From: Rhynchopus sp. YZ270_cl-10
Taxonomy: Eukaryota
Length of the DNA: 64,000 nucleotides
Direction: 5' to 3'
Assembly: GCA_964035575.1 (NCBI GenBank)
Contig: OZ037843.1
Coordinates: 1,240,001 to 1,304,000 of the forward strand
Part shown: in pieces, positions 33,531-47,300 of the stretch
How the letters are laid out: each line of letters opens with the position of its first letter
How positions within the stretch are numbered: the stretch's first letter is position 1
The notes under the pieces: model-generated
What the model was told of the DNA's origin: nothing
Databases searched by the model: none
The model's input: the letters and a program-made list of their open reading frames with translations, nothing else
Made by a program: the position numbers and the translations under genes

Positions 33531-36155
33531 ATGGTGTCATGCGGGATCCAGTCGCTGACAATACTGCTGTGTGTGGTGCTGATTCTGTCGACAGGTGCGA
33601 TCATCGGTGGCTTCACTCTGTCAACATGGGACGACCTTCTGGAGAAGGCACGTGACACAGGTGATGAGGGCTTCGGGATGTGTCTCGACAGTGGTACGGC
33701 GGACATCGAAACGGTCTCGGCACGCTACCTGCGATCTGTCCTTGGCAACGTGGACGCGGCAGTGAAGGAGTACCTGAAGGTGCCTGAGCAGCTCGTCGTC
33801 TCGCTCGCTACTCTAGCAGAGGCGTACCACCCAAACATCAGCACGAACCCCGCCTTTGCGCTTCAAACGATGCGTCCTGCGAGCATGTCTGCTTTTAAGG
33901 CTGGGTTGGCGTCTGGGGTGCTCATGATCGGTCACGAAGCGTACCCGTGGTGTGCGGCACATCCTGTTCCGTGGAAGAGGGGTGACGGGTTTGCTGGGTG
34001 GGGCTCACGCACCTCACACAGGACAGTCAATTCTGCGAGTGGTGTCCTGCCTAAGAATGGCACCAAGGTTCTCATGCTCTATGAGACACGTGACCACGTG
34101 ACGCTGGCAGATGGACTTTCCGACTACACTATCTACACAGAAATCAACCGGATGGGCGGCATCAGAGACCCTTCACAGCCGTGCAACTATCATCCTGACT
34201 ACAACAAGAACGAGGTGCGTGGGCTCTGCATATTCAACGTCGCTAACTCCGAACCCGTAGGCGACCCAATCATTGCCCAACGTGGGAGACAGATGTGGTT
34301 CCTGGGTGCCGATGATCCACCACTCAACCCTGTGGACACTCTTGTCTACTCACGCATGCAGACTACATGGGACTACATGTCCTGGGAGCTGAGCTACACC
34401 TACACCCACCCAGATATGTACACGATGTACCCCAAGCAGGGCAAGCGTGTGGGTGCTGCAGTTGCCACCGTGACTGCAGACGGAGTGACCGACGTGGTGC
34501 GTGCACAGCTGCTCCCGACCGGCACGTCGCTGTACCTGGTGGAGGACGATCGTGCATCTGGATCAGTGGGGATAGTTGTCGCGTACAACAGAGGAAGGCA
34601 GGTGACGAAGGTGGCAACACCCACCTGGACTGGCTCAGTGGTGGACATCGCATCCAGCATCAACATAACGAACCACTCGATGGAAGACGCAACGTCGCAC
34701 ATCCCCTCAGTGATTGCAGAGCACGGGCGGTTTGTGTTCACACACCCGCGGAACTACAGAGACCTTGTGGAGAAGACAGAGGACTCCTTCCTGAAGTGGT
34801 CTGACTCGAACGGCACGGAGTTCTGGACAATCACGTCGACAATTGAACACAGAACGATCTTCTGGTATTCAACCCTTCTTGTGCCTCGGACGTCTGTGAT
34901 GGATACGATTGATGCGTCGACGAATGCAATCCGTGCGAAGGTGGCATCAGATCTGTCCTCTGCAGACGCACAGAAGGAGGATGCGGTGACTGTGATGGCG
35001 ATTGTGACGGCTGTTGCGGTGATAGGACTTCTTGCCATTGCTGTTGTGTTCACACGCTACATCACGTCACCTCTGCTGAAGCTTGGGAGAGAGATGGCAA
35101 GTGTGGCTGTGATGGACCTGGAGGCTGTGGACACGGGCCGTGCAGTGTCGCAGCTGAGTGAAGTGGGGATGATGCAGCGCAGCTTTGTTACCATGGTGGC
35201 GAACCTGGTGGAGTACCGGAACTACATGCCGCAGAGTGTGCTTGTCAACGAGAGTGAGGGACCACAAGAAGAGTCATCACGATCATGTGGCACGATGTCG
35301 CAGTCGGGCATGTCCAGGCATTCACGTGTGACTGCGAAAACTAACGCCACTTCTGCTGCTACGTTGCAGAACCAGAAGGCACTGCTGCGTGTGGACGGGA
35401 TGAAGAAGAAGAAGGTGTCGCTGGCACACATGAACGTCGTGTCGTGGCACGCCTTCTGCAAGAAGCACAAGGACGCAGAGGTGCTCTCCGCACACGCAGG
35501 TGTGATTGAGAGGATCCTGACAGCAGTGCAGCACAACAAGGGTGTGTGCGACACGTTTGCTGGCGACAAGATGCTTGCCACCTTCAACGCCTTTGTTCCG
35601 AAGTCGTCACACAGTGTTTCCTGTGTGAAGGCTGCACACGAAGCTGCAAAAGCACTTGGTGATGTGCACACGATCTCGTATGGGTGCACGACAGGCGAGG
35701 CACGTGTCGGGAACATGGGTTGCAACGGGATGAAGAAGGTGTCGATTCTTTCGCAGTCCATGTCGTGGGTTGTTGTGCTTGAGCGTTGGAACAAGAAGTT
35801 CAACCTGCCTGGTGTCATTGACCGCAACTTGTCACGTGAGGCAGAGGGACAGGTGGTGCTCCAGTGTGCAGGTGCTGTGCTGTACGAGAAGTTCAGTGAG
35901 AAGGTGCAGACTGTGTTTGCTGTGAAGGGTCTGTGCAGCAGCGAAAACGAGGAGTGGATGTACCAGCTGGAGTCTGCCTCAAACAACCCGCACGCACTGT
36001 GGAACGAGGTCTTCGAGCACATCATCAAACAGGACTTTGAGAAGGCGTCTTCTCTGCTGGACTACGTCGCTCAGGACCAACGCACACTTTACGAAGAGCT
36101 TATGGGCTATGTGGAGGCGAAGGCTTATGCCGCCCACGTTGCTGATCTACACTGA
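33531..36155 (+). CDS. Receptor with pseudo-cyclase domain, paralog 3 (874 aa)
   Basis: Intact ORF from the conserved ATG, with the same architecture and motifs as 23040-25661. Confidence 0.9.
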   Translation: MVSCGIQSLTILLCVVLILSTGAIIGGFTLSTWDDLLEKARDTGDEGFGMCLDSGTADIETVSARYLRSVLGNVDAAVKEYLKVPEQLVVSLATLAEAYHPNISTNPAFALQTMRPASMSAFKAGLASGVLMIGHEAYPWCAAHPVPWKRGDGFAGWGSRTSHRTVNSASGVLPKNGTKVLMLYETRDHVTLADGLSDYTIYTEINRMGGIRDPSQPCNYHPDYNKNEVRGLCIFNVANSEPVGDPIIAQRGRQMWFLGADDPPLNPVDTLVYSRMQTTWDYMSWELSYTYTHPDMYTMYPKQGKRVGAAVATVTADGVTDVVRAQLLPTGTSLYLVEDDRASGSVGIVVAYNRGRQVTKVATPTWTGSVVDIASSINITNHSMEDATSHIPSVIAEHGRFVFTHPRNYRDLVEKTEDSFLKWSDSNGTEFWTITSTIEHRTIFWYSTLLVPRTSVMDTIDASTNAIRAKVASDLSSADAQKEDAVTVMAIVTAVAVIGLLAIAVVFTRYITSPLLKLGREMASVAVMDLEAVDTGRAVSQLSEVGMMQRSFVTMVANLVEYRNYMPQSVLVNESEGPQEESSRSCGTMSQSGMSRHSRVTAKTNATSAATLQNQKALLRVDGMKKKKVSLAHMNVVSWHAFCKKHKDAEVLSAHAGVIERILTAVQHNKGVCDTFAGDKMLATFNAFVPKSSHSVSCVKAAHEAAKALGDVHTISYGCTTGEARVGNMGCNGMKKVSILSQSMSWVVVLERWNKKFNLPGVIDRNLSREAEGQVVLQCAGAVLYEKFSEKVQTVFAVKGLCSSENEEWMYQLESASNNPHALWNEVFEHIIKQDFEKASSLLDYVAQDQRTLYEELMGYVEAKAYAAHVADLH

Positions 36156-38130
36156 TGTCTTGTTGTCTTGCTGCCCTGCTGCCCCACAGTAGAAGGCACA
36201 CAGCCTCACCGTCATGTTGTATACTATTATGCTCTGTCCTGCAGAAGCGTCACCTCTTGTCAGCTTGCTAAGCTCAGCTGCATATGTCTTTCCTTCTCTA
36301 GGAAGTGCACCAATTCACGCTGTGTGATGTACAGTTATCCTGTGCCTGTCGCTTGGCATGGCGGGCAAGTTCTTTGCGGTTCCTCGCACACAGGCGATGT
36401 CGAGTTTTTTTTATTTTGCAAGACAATGTGTGCATTTCTGGTGACATTTTTTTAGTAACCACGAGTTGTTTTTTTCCTCCTGATGTTTTTTGTTTACTAA
36501 TAATTTGTGTTTTTGTACTTTAGTTTGCCTTGAGATGTGGGGATGCACGATTACGCCACATGGATCAGTGGTCTGTTTCTGACACGCTCTGCAGGGTCGT
36601 GTGCGTGACGCAGTATCACTCCTGGTGCTTCCGCACGGCTGTGGTACTGTGGCAGCGCTCTGCAGCGTCCTGCTCTCAAGAGTTTTGCTGGTGTGTATTC
36701 ATCAGTGATATTTTTTGTGTTGTTTGTGTGCGAAGTGGCTTTACAGCCACGACTCCCTGGAAGAAGGTGTCTTCCTCTCTCTCTCTCTCGGTCTATTAAG
36801 GCAATGTTGCACAGAACAAGACTCACGGCTGAGGTGGCTTGGCTAATGGCGACATACTTTAAATATATTTCTACTACATTTCGACAAAAACATTTTTTGG
36901 AGACAGTACCTTCGTCCGCCGATGAACGGTGAGGCGTTTGCACTTTCAACTTCTCCCTTTTTTTTTTTTTTTCTCCCACGGTAACGTGCAAAATCATATA
37001 GTTTTTTTTGTCCGTTAAAAAGTCTGGGGTATAAAGAGGTCGCGTGATTCGCCGAGCGGTTGTGAACCGCCTCCGTTCTCTTACGGTACGGACCCACTCA
37101 CGTCCCCACCCTTTGCATGAGCTCGACTGAGATGTGTTGTAGCACGTTTCAGCTACTCTTTTTTTATATGGGTCAAGTCGGGTGCCTGCATTGAGAACTT
37201 CAATTTTTATTTGCAGTTGGACAAGAAAACTTGGTGACCAAATAACTTATCGCCACATTGGCGGATTTTGGGGGTTTTCCTGCAATTGGCGACTTTTTTG
37301 GTCGCCAATATGGGGTTTCCCGGGGGTACCACACTATCACCCACTTCACATACTTTCATCCCATTACACCCCATTACACTCCATTACACATGAATTACAA
37401 CGCCTTGGTTTTGGTCCAAACAGGAGGCGAGGAGGGGTATGCGGGGTCTTTTTCTGCCTTCAGGGTCTTTTCTTCTTCAGCAACCCTGCCTCTTCTGCAC
37501 TGCATAGCCTTTGTCTTTCTTTTTGGGTATGCGGGACTCCCCCTAAGAGTCCCCCCCTTGTCCTCAGTGGACGTTTTTTCGTAACTATTCTCCCCCTTAT
37601 CACACACTTCGCAGAAAAAACTCTTTCGTTAGCGAGTTTGTTTTGCGTCTTCCGGTTAGGTTACAAACTTTTTGGAAACTGCATGGGACCCAGTTTCCAT
37701 GGATAGACACGAAAAGTGGCAGCAGGTGGTTTCGCCATGGTTTTACACAGAACCGACACGTGTTGCCTGTCTCCCAAACAACAAAAAAGAAAATGAATAA
37801 AAAATGTTGAAAGGAAAAAGGAAGAACAAAACAGTGTGGTTGACAACAGCGACTATCCAATTCTTTTTTTTTACAACACTCTCTACCGGTGCGAAAAAAG
37901 GCTACGAGCTGGAACACGCCGAGTGCGCCTCTAAAGCCATCAAGCAATAGTTATCGAGTAGTCCAGCAACGCTGTCGAGCAGAGGGTGCTGGACGAAGCG
38001 GAGTCTGAAGACGACAGCCCCAGGTGCAGTCGTCCAGTGGTGATGGCAGCGTCCGAAGAGCGTTTTTCGCACACTACACCACACCACACATCCCCAGACA
38101 CTCTCTTCCCTTTCTGTACACCTCAGAACA

Positions 38131-40737
38131 ATGGTGTCATGCGGGATCCAGTCGCTGACAATACTGCTGTGTGTGGTGCTGATTCTGTCGACAGGTGCGA
38201 TCATCGGTGGCTTCACTCTGTCAACATGGGACGACCTTCTGGAGAAGGCACGTGACACAGGTGACGAGGGCTTCGGGATGTGTCTCGACAGTGGTACGGC
38301 GGACATCGAAACGGTCTCGGCACGCTACCTGAGATCTGTTCTTGGCAACGTGGACACGGCAGTGAAGGAGTACCTGAGGGTTCCTGAGCAGCTCACGGTC
38401 TCGCTTGCCACCCTTGCACAGGCACACCACCCAAACGTCACCACGAGCCCTGCCTTTGCAGCTTCCCATTTGCGTCCTGCAGTCATGTCTGCTTTTGTGG
38501 CTGGGAAGGCGTCTGGGCTTGTACGGTTCGGGCACGAAGCGTACCCGTGGTGTGCGACACATCCTGTTCCGTGGAAGAGGGGTGACGGGTTTGCAGGGTG
38601 GGGCTCGAGGGTGTCGTACATGAATGATGTGAACGATCACGTACCGACGAATGGCACCAACCCCATCATGCTGTATTCTACACGTGACCCCTTTACGCTG
38701 GCAGAGGGACTTTCCGACTATGCTGTCTTCACAGAAATCAACAACCGGGGTGACATCAGAGACCCCTCACAGCCGTGTAACCTGCAACGTGACCTCGAAA
38801 AAAACGAGTTGGCTGGACTGTGCATATACCCCGTCATGCTTGTCGAACCCGTGGGCGACCCAATCATTGCCCAACGTGGGAGACAGATGTGGTTCCTGGG
38901 TGCCGATGATCCACCACTCAACCCTGTGGACACGCTTGTGTACTCAATCATGCAGGTGCGTCGGGACTACATGGCGTGGGAGCTCACCTACACGTACACC
39001 CACCCAGATATGTACACGATGTACCCCAAGCAGGGCAAGCGTGTGGGCTCAGTGGTTGCCACCGTGACTGCGAAAGGAGTGTCTGACGTGGTGCGTGCAC
39101 AGCTGCTCCCGAAGGACACGTCGTTGTACCTGGTGGAGGACGATCGTGCATCTGGTTCAGTGGGGACAGTTGTTGCGTACAACAGAGGACGGCACCTGAC
39201 GCACGTGAGAACCCTGCAAGACGTGAGCACCTACATCGACCTTGCACACAGCATCAACATAACGAACCACTCGATGGAAGACGCAACGTCGCACATCCCC
39301 TCAGTGATTGCAGAGCACGGGCGGTTTGTGTTCACACACCCGCGGAACTACAGAGACCTTGTGGAGAAGACAGAGGACTCCTTCCTGAAGTGGTCTGACT
39401 CGAACGGCACAGAGTTCTGGACAATCACGTCGACAATTGAACACAGAACGATCCTGTGGTATTCAACCCTTCTTGTGCCTCGGACGTCTGTGATGGATAC
39501 GATTGATGCGTCGACGAATGCAATCCGTGCGAAGGTGGCATCAGATCTGTCCTCTGCAGACGCACAGAAGGAGGATGCGGTGACTGTGATGGCGATTGTG
39601 ACGGCTGTTGCGGTGATAGGACTTCTTGCCATTGCTGTTGTGTTCACACGCTACATCACGTCACCTCTGCTGAAGCTTGGGAGTGAGATGGCAAGTGTGG
39701 CTGTGATGGACCTGGAGGCTGTGGACACGGGCCGTGCAGTGTCGCAGCTGAGTGAAGTGGGGATGATGCAGCGCAGCTTTGTTACCATGGTGGCGAACCT
39801 GGTGGAGTACCGGAACTACATGCCGCAGAGTGTGCTTGTCAACGACAGCGACAAAGAGGACGTGTCCGAGACGGATTCTACACAGGACATGAAGTCGCTG
39901 TCAGGCTTGTCTAATTCACGTGCGTCACCGAGTTCAGTTGTTACGATGCAGAACCAGAAGGCACTGCTGCGTGTGGAAGGGATGAAGAAGAAGAAGGTGT
40001 CGCTGGCACACATGAACGTCGTGTCGTGGCACGCCTTCTGCAAGAAGCACAAGGACGCAGAGGTGCTCTCCGCACACGCAGGTGTGATTGAGAGGATCCT
40101 GACAGCAGTGCAGCACAACAAGGGTGTGTGCGACACGTTTACTGGGGACAAGATGCTTGCCACCTTCAACGCCTTTGTTCCGAAGTCGTCACACAGTGTT
40201 TCCTGTGTGAAGGCTGCACACGAAGCAGCAACAGCACTTGGTGATGTGCACACGATCTCGTATGGGTGCACGACAGGCGAGGCACGTGTCGGGAACATGG
40301 GTTGCAACGGGATGAAGAAGGTGTCGATTCTTTCGCAGTCCATGTCGTGGGTGGTTGTGCTTGAGCGTTGGAACAAGAAGGAGAAGCTGCACGGTGTCAT
40401 TGACCGCAACTTGTCACGTGAGGCAGAGGGACAGGTGGTGCTCCAGTGTGCAGGTGCTGTGCTGTACGAGAAGTTCAGTGAGAACGCACAGACTGTGTTT
40501 GCTGTGAAGGGTCTGTGCAGCAGCGAAAACGAGGAGTGGATGTACCAGCTGGAGTCTGCATCAAACAACCCGCACGCACTGTGGAACGAGGTCTTCGAGC
40601 ACATCATCAAACAGGACTTTGAGAAGGCGTCTTCTCTGCTGGACAGCGTCGCTCAGGACCAACGCACACCTTACGAAGAGCTTGTGGGCTATGTGCGGGA
40701 GAAGGCTTATGCACCGTACGTTGCACGTTTGCACTGA
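38131..40737 (+). CDS. Receptor with pseudo-cyclase domain, paralog 4 (868 aa)
   Basis: Intact ORF with the same architecture and motifs. Confidence 0.9.
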   Translation: MVSCGIQSLTILLCVVLILSTGAIIGGFTLSTWDDLLEKARDTGDEGFGMCLDSGTADIETVSARYLRSVLGNVDTAVKEYLRVPEQLTVSLATLAQAHHPNVTTSPAFAASHLRPAVMSAFVAGKASGLVRFGHEAYPWCATHPVPWKRGDGFAGWGSRVSYMNDVNDHVPTNGTNPIMLYSTRDPFTLAEGLSDYAVFTEINNRGDIRDPSQPCNLQRDLEKNELAGLCIYPVMLVEPVGDPIIAQRGRQMWFLGADDPPLNPVDTLVYSIMQVRRDYMAWELTYTYTHPDMYTMYPKQGKRVGSVVATVTAKGVSDVVRAQLLPKDTSLYLVEDDRASGSVGTVVAYNRGRHLTHVRTLQDVSTYIDLAHSINITNHSMEDATSHIPSVIAEHGRFVFTHPRNYRDLVEKTEDSFLKWSDSNGTEFWTITSTIEHRTILWYSTLLVPRTSVMDTIDASTNAIRAKVASDLSSADAQKEDAVTVMAIVTAVAVIGLLAIAVVFTRYITSPLLKLGSEMASVAVMDLEAVDTGRAVSQLSEVGMMQRSFVTMVANLVEYRNYMPQSVLVNDSDKEDVSETDSTQDMKSLSGLSNSRASPSSVVTMQNQKALLRVEGMKKKKVSLAHMNVVSWHAFCKKHKDAEVLSAHAGVIERILTAVQHNKGVCDTFTGDKMLATFNAFVPKSSHSVSCVKAAHEAATALGDVHTISYGCTTGEARVGNMGCNGMKKVSILSQSMSWVVVLERWNKKEKLHGVIDRNLSREAEGQVVLQCAGAVLYEKFSENAQTVFAVKGLCSSENEEWMYQLESASNNPHALWNEVFEHIIKQDFEKASSLLDSVAQDQRTPYEELVGYVREKAYAPYVARLH

Positions 40738-41507
40738 AGTAGGTTGCCGTTGTACACATCATGAGGGACTTGCTCAGTATCACACCATGTTGTGTCGTGT
40801 AGGTTTCTGTGGCTAGATTTGCCACTGACACCGGACTTCTTTCCTGATGACGTATGGTGTTGTTTCTTGTCTGTTCCACATCCTTCCTTCACCCCACCCT
40901 GTAGTGAGTGATGGGTATACGGTAGGGTACGGTGATTTTTCGGGATAAGGGATACAGATACGGACACGCAAGGATGCGTCTGATTAATCTTTACCAAAAA
41001 CTTACCGTATCCTTACGTATCCCGTAGCCGTACGTATCCTGCTGGTCAAAGAAACTGCCAATTTTCGAGCTGTACGGTCGTAGCCCAAAAATGCAAATAA
41101 GGGCCCTTTTTGATTTGTCCTGTGTATTTTCTCAGGTTTTCAGAAGAACGATAAAGAAGCAACTGATCTTTCAGGGGTTGAAGGAGGATGTGTGGAAAAC
41201 AACAATTTGTACGGGGTGGAGTTCCAGCGTGGTTCCTCGCCCTTTTCCTTATCAGACCCCGTTTTTTTTTGTTTTGAGAAAATTACGTGTTTTGTTTTTG
41301 ATTCTGTTATTGTTATAGTTTTGTTCTTATGGACTGCAATCGTTTTCAAAGAACATTGTGGGATTCGTTTAGTTTCCTCACCATTTTTATTATTTATTTC
41401 TGTTTTTCCCTCTGTCAGATTGAAAGATTAAAATAGTGTGTGTAGTGCAGAAATAAATACTTGGCTCTTTCTATCTGTCTTTTCGTTTCGTTTAAGAAAA
41501 GAAAGTA

Positions 41508-41680
41508 CCGTGGTGTCTCTTATTTTCGAGCAATGAATGTTCGTTCTAATAATGAACTTTCGTCTGAAAGCTTATTTTCGTTTAAGGTTTTGGTTAATAA
41601 AGTAAAATGTCCGTACAGTATTATAACTTTCGTTCTCGAATTTGGGTCGTTTTTTTGTTCGAAAATAAGAGACACCACGG
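41508..41680. mobile_element. Tc1/mariner-type MITE with TA TSD
   Basis: TA-CCGTGGTGTCTCTTATTTTCGAgCAA ... TTGTTCGAAAATAAGAGACACCACGG-TA. Confidence 0.85.
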
Positions 41681-43115
41681 TATATGAAATAATTATCTTG
41701 TTTTGTTATTGTATTGTTTTTCCTTTTCATTGCCCTTTGCTTGTGCTCCGTGACTCCAATTCAATCAACACTTACAGAAGGGTCAAAGATCATTGGCGTT
41801 CTTCCTTAAAAAAGAGGAGAGCACGTCGAATGAAAACCACGTCGATGGAAAAATTTAGAGAATTGTAGGCTTTTATCATTTCTTTACAACACTCTACGAA
41901 GCAACAATACACGCCTGTGTCAGGTACATTTTATCCTTTTTTTTTTTTGTTGTTCGGATGTAAACGACGAAAATGGATGTAGGACTGCATGGTTGGGTGT
42001 CCACCCAGGGCTTTGTATTCCCACTCTCTACTTGTTGGCTTTCAAATTCGTTGCATGTCATGTGTTGAAATATTTTTGTATACAACAGACGAAGCTGTAC
42101 GTGTACGGTTGTAAGGAAATAATACAAACCGAAATGATTGAGTTCTTTCGGATCGAAGGATTGGCCTTAGTGTGTGTAGTTCGGACGTAAATACTTAGCT
42201 CTTTCTATTAGGTTTTGTTATTCACTGTTTTCCTTTTCATTGCCCTTTGCTTGTGCTCCCCGACTCCAATTCAATCAACACTTACAGAAGGGGTCAAAAA
42301 AGATATTGGCGTTCTTCGTTTAGCCTAAATGTAGTAGATGTGATCAACTATAGTTCAAATTGATTTTTTCTGACCAAGATAAAACAATAAGCTCGCGTTT
42401 CTTTTATCGACCATATTTTATTCTCCCCGCACCCAAAACGTAAACACCACTTTCAATTAGGAAAAAAATGTCTTCCTCTCCTTTTTTCTTAAGTAAGAGA
42501 AAACCGAATGGAGTGGGAACGCTAGTGAGAGCGCAGCGGAAACGATAGTGGGAACGCAACGAGCTTTTTTCTTGCACTCGTTTTTTGTATTTATTGTATT
42601 TTTCGCTTTTATCAAAATAATTTACCATAGTTTCGAGTGCGAAACGTTTCTCCATGTATTGCACGGGAAACAATATGACAAACAGGTGCAGCTCAACTCG
42701 ACCTCGACGTTGGCAAGCCGTGGCCAGCAGCGTGGCATGGCCCCTGGCCTGACACCAAATGTGACCAAATATGGTGACCTACTGTCACCACTTTGAGTTC
42801 CCCCCCCCCATTTTCAACAACCTTCCTTCACCATCCCCTTGCATTTTGCAGCCAAAAATGCAACTAGACCAAAGCTGCAAAAAGTTCCGCGCGCGTAGCG
42901 CGCCCGGGTTTGGGACCCCTTTTTGAATTTCGAGGGGTGGTTAAAGTGGGCCCAGAATCACAGTTCTGACACTATTGTGAGCAACTCACTAGTGGTCGTA
43001 ACCAAAATTTGTATCAATCAAGAACTTGTCCATTTTCTCGAAATGACCCCACTACAGCGAGGGTAGAGCTCGGAAAGCCCGAAAAAGGGCAAAAACCCCA
43101 CCCAAAAAAAGGAAA

Positions 43116-43960
43116 ACAAGTAATTGCTATCGGAAAAAAAACCGGGTGTGCTGTGGAACTCCACTCTGAAAAAGATATAATCTACAACACGCCAGCATTC
43201 TGCTCTTCTGCAGGTATGCTAAAACGCTCTTCGTACGGGATGCCTGCATCTGAAACTTTCAAACAGTGGGTGTCCTCTTCGTCCAGCACCATCTGCTCGA
43301 TCGCGTTATTGGACGTAGTCTCGGCAGGCTCGATAACCATTCGCTCGGGCGGCCTCGGCATGTTCCAGCTCGTAAGTCGTCCACAGGCTCCCACGCATCG
43401 TCGTCATCGGAGCAGTGCGGAAGGCACACAAAATGCACAGACGACAACACGTCGTCGATCGCACCAGGCATCGTCACATCAGCACCTCCAGAAAATCGCC
43501 AGGATGCTATGGTGGTTTCGAAAATCGCGCGGAGTTTTCCACAGCACACCCCGTTTTTTTTCTTAGCAATTAGTTGTTCTTGTTCTAGTTGTTTTCCACA
43601 CACCTTCCTTCAACCCTTGTAGGATCAGTTCGTATTTTTTTCGCGAAAACATGAAATTACACATTTCAAGAGAACTAAAAATTAAAAAGGGTTCGCCCCC
43701 TCAATGGGACGCCGTAAACCATAATTCCTCAGTGTCAGCCGCATCATTTCAATGAAACCAAAAAGTGGCTTATTTGCATTTTTGGGCTCCGCCCGTGCAG
43801 CGGTGGGGTCATTTCGGAAAATTGGACAATTTTTTTACCACTTAAATTTTGAGAAATATGAGCCCGGTTCCTTATACGTGGGGCCCATTTTTGGCCAAAA
43901 TTTTCCTCAAAACCGACGAAATTAAAATTAGACCCCTTACCCCCCCCCAGAATCATTTCA
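43116..43960 (-). repeat. Inverted diverged copy of ~18700-19449
   Basis: Reverse-complement similarity over the TIR element, the adjacent TTCAAGAGAAC/CGCGAAAACATG block and the GGGCTCCGCCCGTGCAG block. Confidence 0.8.
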
Positions 43961-44343
43961 ATACACTACCTGTATTGGTTGCTGACGCGTGTATACAGGA
44001 AGGTTGGGAAAACGGGAACATAAATCCAGAATGAATTGCTGTTTTTTCCGAGAACAAGGAGCAACCCTGGAGCACACTCTAGCCAGACTAGGGTGGCTAC
44101 ACTAATACAACCACGTTTTCAAAAAAATAAAAAAAGTACCAGCTACCTGTACCAATTTTCTCTCTCCAGTCCAGAAGATATTTGTCCGTGGTTCGAGATG
44201 TTCTTCTGACCGCTGAAGAGGTTGTTCTGTTCTTGCACGTTCATGAGAGGGTACAGTCGTTTAGGGGAAGGTGCGCAACAGCCACATACACATCACTATA
44301 CACAGTGACTACACAAAAGCGAATCTAGAGAGGGAGACAAACG

Positions 44344-47300
44344 ATGAAGGTTGTGTCACTCAGCGCACTGGCGCTGGTTGTGGGGGTGGTGACTGCTGCA
44401 ACTTCTACACCAGGCAGTGGCAGCATGAGCGGCAGCTACAGTGACAGCAGCATGAGCGGCAGCAGCATGAGCAAGAGCAAGAGCGGCTCGAAGAGCACCA
44501 CGGGAAGCATGAGCGACAGCAGCGATATGAGTGACCTCGGCAACGAACTGTTCGCGTCTGCCGATGACGGGACACTGTGCAAGCACGCCCACGCATGCTT
44601 AGGGCACTGCAAGGACGAGAACTGCAAGAACACCACCCTTGTCTGCGATGCGAGCATCTGCCACAGTACGTGCCTGGACGAGGAGAGCTGTGCACACTCA
44701 CACATGAACTGCCTCCGCCCTCACAATGGGTTGTGCTCCCTGGTGTGCCTGGGGGAGAAGTCGTGCTACGGCTTGACGTCTGCGGAGGACACGAACTACG
44801 CCGGTATTGAACTGGACGACTTCCCTGACGACACGAAGGGCACGCAGTACGGGATGTGGTCACCCGAAGGCACAGCGATGTCGTCGCTCACATGTGGGGG
44901 CACGAAGTCCTGTGCAAACTCGACTGTAGGGTGTGCCGGTTATGAGTGCGGACTCCTCTGCACCGGGAACAATTCCTGTGCCGAACTAGAGTATGCCGTG
45001 TCTGAACGGGCGCAGCGTATCGCAATCGATTGCATGGGCCCTTGGTCGTGCCGGGGTGCGAAGTTCGACCTTGGCGAGTCGATGGAGTGGGCCAACTACA
45101 GCGACAGCAGCATGAGTGGCAGTAACGGCAGCTACAGTGACAGCAGTATGAGTGGCAGTAACGGCAGCTACAGTGACAGCAGCATGAGTGGCAGTAACGG
45201 CAGCTACAGTAACGGCAGCATGAGCGGCAGCAGCATGAGCAAGAGCAAGAGCGGCTCGAAGAGCAACACGGGAAGCATGAGCGACAGCAGCGATATGAGT
45301 GACAGTGGCAGCAGCAGCATACCATACCTCTGGAAGCAAACCACTGTTTCGTGTTTGAACAACGGTTCTTGCTGGGGTGCGAAGGTGGAGTGCCCCGGAT
45401 GGGGTCCTTGCAATGTGGTATGCAGCGGCCAGGACGCCTGTCGCGACATGAGCCTCATGTGCGAGGGCTGCAACTTGTACTGCTTCCTTGGTGACTACTC
45501 GTGCAATGGCATCAATGTCAACGGCAGCTACCTGAGGTACGACCATGCATATGACAGCAACGAGAGCAGCGAACAAAGCGACGGAAGCAGCGATGATGGA
45601 AACGCCGTGTGTGATGACTCGGAGGGCAGAATGGAGGGAGTGGCCAACTGCACTTCTGAAGGGGGGTGTGTGTGCGATGAGGCCGTGTGCAGCGCGATGT
45701 GCACGGCGGAGGGCAGCTGCAATGGGACAAGCATTCTGTGCAACGCGAAGTACTGCAAGCTGGAGTGCTGCGAGGAGAGCTGCCGCGACTCGCACATCAA
45801 CTGCGATGCTGATGTCTGTGACGTGCGCTGCTATGCGAAGGAGTCGTGCGCAAACCTGAAACGTGCTGAAGACACCGAGCACAACATCGACATCCCTGCA
45901 AACCGCGGAGGCACCGGCTACGGCCTCTGGGGATCGCAGAGGGCTGGACTCTCCGACTTCGATTGCACCGGCACAAGCTCCTGCGAGAACTCCACCATTG
46001 GCTGTGCCTCGAGGAGGTGCGAGCTTGAGTGCAGCGCTAACTACGCGTGCAGAGGCACAAAGGTCAATATCTCAGGTGCGTCGGCAGCAGTCGTGTGGTG
46101 CACAGACGATGTTTCCTGTGCTGGTTCGCGTATCAGCTTCGACGCACACTTCCCTGTTATGGAGGAGGAGGCGAAGGCCAGGAACGCGAAGGCCTTGGCG
46201 GATGCTAGCGACAGCAGCAGCATGAGTGGCAGCAACAGCAGCATGAGCGGCAGCTACAGCAGCATGAGCGGCAGCTACAGTGACAGCAGCATGAGCGACA
46301 GCAGCAGCATGAGCGGCAGCTACAGTGACAGCAACATGAGCGGCAGCAGCATGAGCAAGAGCAAGAGCAAGAGCGGCTCAAAGAGCAACACGGGCAGCCA
46401 CAGTGACAGCGGCAGCATGGACATGGACACTCCCACGATCTACTGCACCAGCAACAGTGCGTGCGCGCGCTCTGTCTTCCACTGCTCAGACGACGACGAA
46501 AAATGGTGCAAGCTGTCATGCATCGGTGAGAACTCGTGCCGTGGGGTCAATGTCACTGGCTCATGGGATATTACGTGCTACGGCATTGATGAGGCGTGCA
46601 AGGACCTGGACGACGGTGGCAACGAAGTCTGTGACATGAAGAAGGGCTCGTGCACGAAGTCCAAATCCAAGAGCAAGTCCAAGGACAACAGCGACAGCAG
46701 CGACAGCAGCGACAGCAGCGACAGCGACAGCCTCGACATGCACGAGATGTGTGCTATGTTCGTCGACAAGGCGAGCCCCGGAAACTGCGCTGCGGAAGGC
46801 GGCTGTATGTGCGACCCTGTCGAAAACAAGGACACCTGCACCGAGATGTGCACGAGCCCCCTCGTTTGCGCAAACAGCAGCATCATCTGCAAAACGGAGG
46901 ACCTTTGCAAGCTGGAGTGCTGCGAGGAGAGCTGCCGCGAGTCGCACATTAACTGCGACACGAAGGGGCTGTGCGAGGTGCGCTGCTACGGGAACAGGGC
47001 GTGCTACGGCATGCAGCGTGTCCACGACACAGACTACAGCGGCATCGACCTGCCGGCCGGACTTGCTGGCGAGGGCTACGGTCTGTTCGGAGGCGAGAAC
47101 GCAGAGAAGTCTCTCTTTGAGTGCTCGGGGAACCACTCCTGCGCGTCGTCGAACATTGGCTGCGGGTCTGGCTTCTGCGAGCTGGACTGCAGTGGCCACG
47201 CTGCCTGCGAGAAGGTCGTCTTCAACGTCTCGGACACATCCTCCGCCGCTGTGCACTGCACCAACAAGGGCGCCTGCACGAACACCTCCTTCCACTTCCA